From NCBI GenBank assembly GCA_039932375.1, contig JBDTQD010000001.1, positions 15,844-79,843 of the forward strand: DNA of 64,000 bases, given 5' to 3'. This document shows positions 27,008 to 34,278 of the stretch, in pieces. Position 1 is the stretch's first letter. Each line of letters starts with the position of its first letter. The position numbers were made by a program, and so were the translations under genes. Under the pieces are notes generated by a model that was not told the origin of the DNA, ran no database searches, and saw only the letters and a program-made list of their open reading frames with translations. The DNA is from Chloroflexota bacterium (GTDB lineage: Bacteria > Chloroflexota > Limnocylindria > QHBO01).

Positions 27008-27736
27008 ATGATGGAAGATGCCCTCGGGGACAGACAGCCCATCGCAATCCTGTTCGATGTGGACGGTTGCCTGATCTCGACCGGCGGGGCGGGGACCAGG
27101 GCATGGCGGTACGCGTTTGATCGGCTGTACCACATCCCGGCCGACATTGGCGAGTTCACCGAGGGTGGCATGACCGACCCAACGGTCGGCCGGCTGACCT
27201 TCATCCGCGTGCTCGGCCGGGAGCCCACCGATCGTGACATGGCCCGGCTCCTGGCGGCCTACCTCGAACGACTGGGCGCTGAGGTCGAGCAATCGCCCGG
27301 TTACCGGGTGATGCCCGGCGTCGCAGCGTTGCTGCCACGCCTGACGAATGCCGGTGTTCTCCTCGGTATCGTCAGCGGCGCGCTGGAGGCGGCAGCTCAC
27401 ATCAAGCTCGGCCGCGCTGGCCTGAACCGGTTCTTTTCATTCGGTGGCTACGGCTCCGACTCCAGCGACCGCGCTGAACTCACCCGCCTGGCGATCGACC
27501 GCGCCGGTCGCGTCCACGGCCATCCGCTCGACGCCACGCGTGTGTTGGTCGTCGGCGATACGCCGCGCGACATCGCTGCGGCGCATGCCGCAGGAGCGAT
27601 CGCGGTCGGCGTGGCCACCGGCAAGTACACGGTCGATGCGCTGCTGGCCGCGGGAGCGGACCACGCACTCGCAAACCTCGAGGAGCCGCTGCCCAGCGTG
27701 CCCGACCCGCCGGGTCGCGGGGGGCTGACGGGGTGA
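27008..27736 (+). CDS. HAD-family hydrolase (subfamily IA)
   Basis: ILFDVDGCLIST (motif I, DxDG) ... VVGDTPRDIAAAHAAG (motif IV). Confidence 0.75.
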   Translation: MMEDALGDRQPIAILFDVDGCLISTGGAGTRAWRYAFDRLYHIPADIGEFTEGGMTDPTVGRLTFIRVLGREPTDRDMARLLAAYLERLGAEVEQSPGYRVMPGVAALLPRLTNAGVLLGIVSGALEAAAHIKLGRAGLNRFFSFGGYGSDSSDRAELTRLAIDRAGRVHGHPLDATRVLVVGDTPRDIAAAHAAGAIAVGVATGKYTVDALLAAGADHALANLEEPLPSVPDPPGRGGLTG

Positions 27737-27769
27737 CCGCGGGTGGACCCGAGCTGAAGGTCAGCAACG

Positions 27770-29197
27770 TCATGTCGGGCGCGGACTCCCCGCCGGAGTC
27801 GGCGCCGGCGCGTGCCAGTGCCCTCCGCGCGGAATGAGCGCATCGGCAGGTTTCGGCCCCCATGTCCCGCGCCGATACGGCAGGGGCGAGTTCGTGAGGT
27901 CGAGCACAGGATCAACGATCCGCCAGGCCGCCTCCACTGTGTCCTCCCGTGCGAAGAGCGTCTGATCGCCTGCGGCCGCATCACCGATGAGCCGCTGGTA
28001 TGGAGGCAGCTCGGTGCCGCCCTGATGGCTGGCGTATAGCTCGACCTCCTCGCCGATCATCCGTTCGCCGGGCTTCTTGGCCCGAGCGCCCAGCGAGATT
28101 GACATATCCGGTGTCAGCCGAAAGCGCAGGTAGTTGGCGTCAGCCGGCTCTCCCTCGGCGAAGACATTGAATGGCGGCCGCTTCAATTCGACGAGCACCT
28201 CGGTGGCCGTTACCGGCAGGCACTTGCCGGTCCGGATAAGGAAGGGCACGCCGCCCCAGCGCCAGGTTTCAATGTGCAGCCGCAACGCAGCGTACGTCTC
28301 AGTTCTCGAGTCGGCGGCCACCCCGGCGACCTTCCGGTAGCCCTGGTACTGGCCACGCACCACGTCCTCGGGGCGGAGTGGCCGGATGGAGTCGAGGACC
28401 TTGAACTTCTCGTTGCGCACCGCGTCGGCGGTGTGCCCCGACGGAGGCTCCATGGCCAAAATGCTCACGGTCTGGAGGATGTGGTTCTGGACCACATCGC
28501 GGATTGCACCAGCTTTGTCATAGAAGCCGCCCCGGTCGGCGACGTCGAAGTCTTCGGCCATGGTGATCTGCACTGAGGCCAGGTGGTTCGCGTTCCATAT
28601 CGGCTCGAGGAAGCGGTTGGCGAAACGGAAGTAGAGCAGGTTCTGGACGGGCTCCTTGCCCAAGTAGTGGTCGATGCGGAAGATCTGGTCCTCATCAAAG
28701 ACGGTGTGCAGAGCCGCGTTGAGTCTCCGCGCGCCGGCGAGGTTCCGCCCGAACGGCTTCTCGAGGATGACCCGGGCTCCCTGCGCGCAACCCGATTGAC
28801 CGAGCAGTTTGACGACCTGGTCAAACAGCGCCGGTGGGATGGCCAGATAGTGGAGCGGGTGCCGAGCCGTGCCGAGCTCGACCCGCAGTCGGCGGAAGGT
28901 ATCCGGATCATCGTCCGAGCCATTGATGAAGCGCAGTTGCTTCTGAAGCGGACCGAGCACCGCGCGATCCGTGATCCCCGCGGCCTTCAAACTCTCGGTC
29001 GCCCGGGCGCGCAAGCTGTCTACGTCGCCGTGGCGAGCAACCCCGATGATCGGAATCGACCAGTCGCTGTCGCGGACGAGGCCGGCCAGGGCAGGAAAGA
29101 TCTGCTTGAAAGCCAGGTCGCCGGTGGCGCCGAAGAAGATGAATGCGTCTGACCGAGGCATTCTCGATCCATTCCGGCCGGCGCTGGTTGTGGACAT
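27770..29197 (-). CDS. zwf: glucose-6-phosphate 1-dehydrogenase
   Basis: FIFFGATGDLAFKQIFPAL (NADP-binding site), EKPFGRNL and RIDHYLGKE (G6PD active-site signature). The Met at 29197 (MSTTSAG...) or 29161 is more plausible than the listed 29359. Confidence 0.88.
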   Translation of the reverse strand: MSTTSAGRNGSRMPRSDAFIFFGATGDLAFKQIFPALAGLVRDSDWSIPIIGVARHGDVDSLRARATESLKAAGITDRAVLGPLQKQLRFINGSDDDPDTFRRLRVELGTARHPLHYLAIPPALFDQVVKLLGQSGCAQGARVILEKPFGRNLAGARRLNAALHTVFDEDQIFRIDHYLGKEPVQNLLYFRFANRFLEPIWNANHLASVQITMAEDFDVADRGGFYDKAGAIRDVVQNHILQTVSILAMEPPSGHTADAVRNEKFKVLDSIRPLRPEDVVRGQYQGYRKVAGVAADSRTETYAALRLHIETWRWGGVPFLIRTGKCLPVTATEVLVELKRPPFNVFAEGEPADANYLRFRLTPDMSISLGARAKKPGERMIGEEVELYASHQGGTELPPYQRLIGDAAAGDQTLFAREDTVEAAWRIVDPVLDLTNSPLPYRRGTWGPKPADALIPRGGHWHAPAPTPAGSPRPT

Positions 29198-29333
29198 CGC
29201 TGGACTCCTCATTGCGGAAGCCGAACATCGTCTCGATCGCTCGTCGAATGTCCTCCCTCCGATGCGCGTCATACCATGGGCAGAGATGAAGGCATGTTGC
29301 GCGACATTCGGCCGCGCCGCCCGATGGGCACGG

Positions 29334-30347
29334 ATGTCGTTGGCGGCGTTGGCCACCATCCTGGCGATCTCCGCGTGTGGCCCGACGGCGTCAGATCACG
29401 CCTCGACCAGCCCGACACAGGTTGCGCTGCCTGTATCTGCGGCGCCAAGCCCACAATCGACCCAATCCGTTGGGGCGATCGGCTCGCCGATCCCGGCCGC
29501 GATCCGGGCAGCGGTGCTCGCTGCCGAGCTGCCCGTGCCGCGCAGCCGGGCCGTTGCCATCGTGCTTGGCCGCGACATCCTGGTCTGCGGAGGCCTCGTT
29601 GCCGGCGGCGCTACGACCGGATCGATTGTCTCCCTGGACACGCAGGCCTCGCAGATCACGTCGTCGGGGGCGCTCGCAGCTCCCGTGCACGACGCTGGAG
29701 CGGCATCCACCAGCGCCCTGGCGTTGATCTTCGGCGGCGGGAATGCTGCCCCCAGCGGCGTCGTCCAGCTCGTCGATGGAATCTCTGGTTCAACGATCGT
29801 CGGACACCTGCCGATGCCGCGCGCGGACCTCTCAGCCGTTGCAATTGGCGACCAGCTGGTGGTCGCCGGGGGCGGGACGCCGGCGACGCGCGATCGACGC
29901 GTGCTCACCACAACAGACGGGATCCATTTCCAGACCGTCGCGACCCTGTCGATCGGCGTCAGGTATGCGGCCGTGGTTGCCGTCGCCGGGCTGGTCTACG
30001 TGATCGGCGGCAGCACGCCAGGCGGTGACGAGGCCGCCATCCAAACGGTCGATCCGCGATCGGGAGTCGTGCGAGTCATCGGCCAGTTGCCGCACGGGTT
30101 GTCTCATGCGTCCGCGCTTGAGCTAGGAGGTCAACTACTCATCCTGGGTGGCCGGACCGCCGGCCAGCTTCAGGATGAGCTGTGGCGCCTCGATCCGGCG
30201 ACTGGCGCAGTGGTGGCGCTTGACCCGCTTCCATACGCCGTGTCCGACGCTGCATCAGCCGTGGTCGACGGGGTCGGCTACCTATTCGGCGGCGAGGGGA
30301 GCGGCGGCTTGCTCAGCTCGATCATCTCCTTGACGGAGGCTGTTTAA
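29334..30347 (+). CDS. Kelch-repeat (six-bladed beta-propeller) lipoprotein
   Basis: Lipoprotein signal MSLAALATILAISAC. Six repeats carry the Kelch GG signature: VCGGLVAGG, LIFGGGNA, LVVAGGGT, VYVIGGSTPGG, LLILGGRTAG, YLFGGEGSGG. Confidence 0.65.
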   Translation: MSLAALATILAISACGPTASDHASTSPTQVALPVSAAPSPQSTQSVGAIGSPIPAAIRAAVLAAELPVPRSRAVAIVLGRDILVCGGLVAGGATTGSIVSLDTQASQITSSGALAAPVHDAGAASTSALALIFGGGNAAPSGVVQLVDGISGSTIVGHLPMPRADLSAVAIGDQLVVAGGGTPATRDRRVLTTTDGIHFQTVATLSIGVRYAAVVAVAGLVYVIGGSTPGGDEAAIQTVDPRSGVVRVIGQLPHGLSHASALELGGQLLILGGRTAGQLQDELWRLDPATGAVVALDPLPYAVSDAASAVVDGVGYLFGGEGSGGLLSSIISLTEAV

Positions 30348-30532
30348 TGGCGGCCAAGGGTCATATTCGGGAGGGTCATATGCGCTTCACGCCCGGCACC
30401 ATCCTTCTCCTGGTCGCTGTCGTGCTGTTCCTGCTCGCGGCGTTCTCGATCCAGCTTGGATCGCTCGACCTCGTGACGCTCGGTCTCGCCGCCTTCGCGG
30501 GCTCATTCCTGCTCGAGCGCGCGATGAAGTAG
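30347..30532 (+). CDS. small hypothetical membrane protein (61 aa)
   Basis: ILLLVAVVLFLLAAFSIQL ... LGLAAFAGSFLL. Starts at the Kelch gene stop. Confidence 0.35.
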   Translation: MAAKGHIREGHMRFTPGTILLLVAVVLFLLAAFSIQLGSLDLVTLGLAAFAGSFLLERAMK

Positions 30533-30708
30533 CTCGGGGCCTCGAACACCGCTTCGCCAAGCTGAATGCCGAGGCCCTCCAGCACGAACGAATATTCACC
30601 CTCGTTTCGATGGGTATGCAGCGGGGCGCCGAGCCTCCGCGCAGGAAGCGGATGTTCGACGAGGCTGAACCTGCCGCCGGTCGCCGCAGCGTTCAGCATG
30701 AAGCGCAC
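30525..30708 (-). pseudogene. truncated cupin-2 fragment (core motif only; both flanks missing)
   Basis: TGGRFSLVEHPLPARRLGAPLHTHRNEGEYSFVLEGLGIQLGE is the G(x)5HxH(x)3-4E(x)6G cupin motif 1. The reading frame then runs antisense into the small membrane ORF with low-complexity sequence. Confidence 0.3.
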
Positions 30709-30758
30709 GCTGAGGGCCTGCAGCCCCTCACCGTTTCGCCCTCGCCGCCGCGCAGCAG

Positions 30759-31487
30759 ATGGTCCGTCTGATGTGGCACGTCATCACCTTTCGATTGGCG
30801 AACTCCCTGCACGTCGATTCCGGTTTTGGATACGCTACGGGCTCCTTCCGTCATGCAGCGAGGTACATCGTGGGTTTCTGGTCGCGAGGTCGGCGTGGCG
30901 GGGAACCTGGGCCTGAGCCCCAGCCGGCATCCCCGGCGCAGTCCAACCCGACGACGATCCGCCTCTCCGTCGTCGAATTCTGGACCCCCGAACAGCGTCT
31001 CATCGTCGGCATGGATCTGAGTGTTGGACGCCTGACCGATCTGCTCAACCGCAACGACATGGTGCGTGTCGCCATGCTCGACATACGGCCCGAGGACCCA
31101 TCCCTGCCGATCGAGGTCGGCCTCGAGACGAATTGGATCGAGCTGCCCGTTGAACAGGCGCTCCTGGTCTTCCCGCCTCCGCAGGAGACCGACCCGCACC
31201 GGCGTCTGCATCGGCCCAGGCAGCCGATCGACATCGTCATCGGTTCATTCGAGGTCTCGGGGTCGGCCCACATCCCGCCAGGCGCGCAGGCCGCCGGGTT
31301 CCTGCTGCGGCAGGCGAGCCGCTTCATCCCCGTCACGCGGGCCGTCGTGCGCGACACGCAGCTGGCCGGCTTCGAGCAGCATGCCAATGTGCTGCTGGTG
31401 AACCTTCGACGAGTCGAGTCGATCAAGGACGTCGGCCTTCGTGAGGAGGAGCCGCCCGACGCTCCGGAGACGGCGCCAGCGATCTAG
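30759..31487 (+). CDS. hypothetical protein (start uncertain)
   Basis: 242-aa ORF. No domain recognised. The conserved-looking core begins around IRLSVVEFWTPEQRLIVGMDL. Confidence 0.4.
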   Translation: MVRLMWHVITFRLANSLHVDSGFGYATGSFRHAARYIVGFWSRGRRGGEPGPEPQPASPAQSNPTTIRLSVVEFWTPEQRLIVGMDLSVGRLTDLLNRNDMVRVAMLDIRPEDPSLPIEVGLETNWIELPVEQALLVFPPPQETDPHRRLHRPRQPIDIVIGSFEVSGSAHIPPGAQAAGFLLRQASRFIPVTRAVVRDTQLAGFEQHANVLLVNLRRVESIKDVGLREEEPPDAPETAPAI

Positions 31488-31494
31488 GGTCTGA

Positions 31495-32241
31495 TCAGAC
31501 CGCTCCGGCGAGGCCGAGCGCGTTCTTGACTCGCTCGGCGTCCTCGTCGTCTGCGAGCCGCACCAGCCAGCTTGGCTCGAGGTCGAGGGTGGCCGATGCC
31601 AGGTCGTCGACATCCAGCTCCTGCAGCAGTCCGTTGGAGCAGAGCGCGACCAGGACCGATGCGATCTCGGGGTCATACCAGATGCCGGAGCGGGCATGCA
31701 TCGTCGTCACCGCCGCCTGTTTGCCCTCGCGGTTGGCCACGAGGTCGAGGCAGTCGGCGACCGCCACGATCCGGGCAAAGAGGGGGATGGCCTCACCGGA
31801 CAGCCCCATCGGCAGGCCGTTGCCGTCCCAGCGCTCATGGAGCGCCAGCACCGTCACCGCAACCTCGGGGCCCAACCCGGCACGCGTCGCGAACTGGGCG
31901 CCGCGCCGCACGCGCAGGTGCTCGGCGGCACGCCGCTCCTCCTCGACGTCACGCGCAAGCGGCATCAGGCGGTGCATCATCGGCGGCCGAGACGAGGTCG
32001 GATCCGCATCTGACAGGCTGCCCACATCGTGCAGGAGGGCGGCATAGAAGAGGGCGAGCCGATCGCGATCGCCGATGCTCATCGCCTCGGCTAGGCGCAT
32101 CGCCAGGTAGCAGGTGCGCATCGCGTGGCCGGCGGGATGGCCGGCCAGGCTGTCGAGTGTGGGAGCCATGTCCAGCAGGAGATCGGCCATGCGTGTGGCA
32201 TGCCCGGGATATGCGTGGCGGGCAGTCGCTCCGGCCTTCAT
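31495..32241 (-). CDS. HD-GYP domain phosphohydrolase (candidate c-di-GMP phosphodiesterase)
   Basis: HAMRTCYLAMRLAE ... AALLHDVGS ... HERWDGNGLPMGL (HD and GYP motifs). The N-terminal extension to 32457 is low-complexity and would collide with the downstream gene. A Met at 32241 or 32190 is preferred. Confidence 0.75.
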   Translation of the reverse strand: MKAGATARHAYPGHATRMADLLLDMAPTLDSLAGHPAGHAMRTCYLAMRLAEAMSIGDRDRLALFYAALLHDVGSLSDADPTSSRPPMMHRLMPLARDVEEERRAAEHLRVRRGAQFATRAGLGPEVAVTVLALHERWDGNGLPMGLSGEAIPLFARIVAVADCLDLVANREGKQAAVTTMHARSGIWYDPEIASVLVALCSNGLLQELDVDDLASATLDLEPSWLVRLADDEDAERVKNALGLAGAV

Positions 32242-32374
32242 CGCGACAGTCTCCGCGGCGCGCGGAGCCGCGGGTATCACCCCAAGGTACCCCCGGGTAC
32301 CCCTCAGCCCGTGAGCGCGGCCTCGATCTCGGCGAGGCTCGGCATGCCCCCGCGCGCTCCCGCCCTGGTTACGC

Positions 32375-33589
32375 TCAGGCCGCCGCAGCGGCCTGCGCTG
32401 CGGGTAGCTCGGTCGCCAGCCGCTCGAACTGCGCCAGCTCGTTGTATGCGGCCGCACTGATTCGCACCAACCGTCGCCATGCGCCGCGATCGGGGCGCTG
32501 CGGCCAGGGGGTCACCATCACCTGCATGCCAAGCTGCGCCAGGTGGTCGTGCACCGGATCGCCGTACAGCTCGACCCCCTGCACCCGACCCGGGCGCCGC
32601 TCGATCGCCAGGGGCACCGACGCCATGCTTCCCAGCATCTCGTCCGGCGCAGGTGGCTCGATTCCCAGGGCCGCGCACAACGCGTCGCGGCCGCTCAGCG
32701 CCAGCGCGTGGTTCCGCTCACGCAGCGCTGCCCAGCCGCCGGGCAGGAGCTCCTCGCCGAAGCTGATCGCGTCGGGGACTGCCAGGTAGGCGGATTGGTC
32801 GGCCGTGCCGGTCCAATCGAATTCGCCGCGGAAGCGACTGCGATCCGTCCGCGGCGAGTTGGCGCCGTGGCTGATGGCGAGCGGGCGAATCTCCGGCTGC
32901 CGGTCGCGGCGCACCCAGAGGAAGCCGGAGCCCTTCGGCGCGCAGACCCACTTGTGCAGATTGGCGGCGTAGTACCTGGCGCCGATGCCCGGCACATCGA
33001 GCGCGACCTGACCCGGCGCATGTGCCCCGTCGATCAGTGTCTCGATGCCGCGTGCGGTGAGTTCGGCCACCAGCGCCTCGATCGGGAAGATCAGCGCGGT
33101 TGCCGAGGTGATGTGGTCGAGCACCGCCAGCCTGGTGCGCGGCGTGACGGCAGCGAGCACCGCCTCGGCGACTTCGCCCTGACCGGAGCTCGGAAAGGGG
33201 ACCGATGCGATCACCACCTGCGCCCGGTCACGCTCTGCCACGAACTCCATTGCGTTCTTGGCCGCGTTATAGGCGTGATCGGTGGTCAGCAGCTCCTCGC
33301 CGGGCGCGAAGCGCAGCGAGCGGAGCACGGTGTTGGTTCCGGCGGTCGCATTCGGCACGAAAGCCAGGTCGTCCGGATCGGCCCCGACGAACGCACCGAG
33401 AGCGGCTCGCGCGGCGTCCAGGGCCGGCTCCAGATCGTGCGAGAAGAAGCGGACCGGCTCCGCCTCCATCCGGTCGCGCCAGGCCTGCTGCGCTGCCAGC
33501 ACCGGCCGCGGGGTGGCTCCGTACGAGCCGTGGTTCAGGAAGTCGATCGCCGGGTCCAGGGTCCAGTGCCGGGCGAACTCGGAGGGCAT
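32375..33589 (-). CDS. class-V PLP-dependent aminotransferase (isopenicillin-N-epimerase/cysteine-desulfurase-like)
   Basis: 404 aa. ANLHKWVCAPKGSGFLWV contains the PLP-binding Lys. The fold is AAT_V throughout. Confidence 0.8.
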   Translation of the reverse strand: MPSEFARHWTLDPAIDFLNHGSYGATPRPVLAAQQAWRDRMEAEPVRFFSHDLEPALDAARAALGAFVGADPDDLAFVPNATAGTNTVLRSLRFAPGEELLTTDHAYNAAKNAMEFVAERDRAQVVIASVPFPSSGQGEVAEAVLAAVTPRTRLAVLDHITSATALIFPIEALVAELTARGIETLIDGAHAPGQVALDVPGIGARYYAANLHKWVCAPKGSGFLWVRRDRQPEIRPLAISHGANSPRTDRSRFRGEFDWTGTADQSAYLAVPDAISFGEELLPGGWAALRERNHALALSGRDALCAALGIEPPAPDEMLGSMASVPLAIERRPGRVQGVELYGDPVHDHLAQLGMQVMVTPWPQRPDRGAWRRLVRISAAAYNELAQFERLATELPAAQAAAAA

Positions 33590-33608
33590 CGCGGGCTATC
33601 GTAGACCG

Positions 33609-34274
33609 ATGTCCGAGACCCGAGCCGATCTGCCATCGCCCGTCGCGGTCATCTTCGACCTGGATGGCACGCTGGTCGACACGGTCGCGTTGAGGATCCA
33701 GGCGTGGCTCGCCGTCTTCTCCGAGGAGGGCATCCCAGCCGAGCGGCAGCAGCTCGCCGTGCTGATCGGATCAGACGGTCGCCGCCTCGCCCGCCAGGTG
33801 GCCAGCGCAGCGGGCGTGACGCTGACCCCGGAGCGCGAGGAGGCGATCGACGCGAGGTGCGGGGAGATCTTCGAGTCGCTTAACCGCCAGCCGAAGCCGC
33901 TGCCAGGCGTCGCCCCCCTGCTCGCGCAGCTGGACGCGGCCGGCGTGCCATGGGCGATCGCCACCTCCAGCCGTCGCGAGCAGGTCGCCACCATGGTCGA
34001 GGCGTTACACGTCGCCCGGCCGCCGCTCATCGTCGACGGCACGCACGTGGCGCACGCCAAGCCGGCTCCCGACCTCCTTCTGCTGGCAGCCCGCGAGCTG
34101 AAAGTTGATCCCGCTGCCTGCTGGTACGTCGGCGACTCGACATGGGACATGGTGGCCGCTGTCGCGGCCGGGATGGTGCCGATCGGCGTCACCAGCGGCG
34201 CGGCGGATGCCTCGACGCTGCGCGCAGCGGGGGCGCGACATGTCGTCGCGTCGCTGACCGACCTCCGGGCCTGA
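33609..34274 (+). CDS. HAD-family hydrolase (beta-phosphoglucomutase-like subfamily IA)
   Basis: VIFDLDGTLVDT (motif I) ... WAIATSS ... YVGDSTWDMVAAVAAG. Real start is the ATG at 33609. It is divergent from the aminotransferase with a 19-bp gap. Confidence 0.75.
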   Translation: MSETRADLPSPVAVIFDLDGTLVDTVALRIQAWLAVFSEEGIPAERQQLAVLIGSDGRRLARQVASAAGVTLTPEREEAIDARCGEIFESLNRQPKPLPGVAPLLAQLDAAGVPWAIATSSRREQVATMVEALHVARPPLIVDGTHVAHAKPAPDLLLLAARELKVDPAACWYVGDSTWDMVAAVAAGMVPIGVTSGAADASTLRAAGARHVVASLTDLRA

Positions 34275-34278
34275 CCCG

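Noticed and set aside
30566-31211. ORFs at 30566-30916 (+) and 30693-31211 (-)
   Set aside because: They overlap the cupin remnant and the 30759-31487 gene in implausible ways. They have no motifs and are rejected as shadow ORFs.
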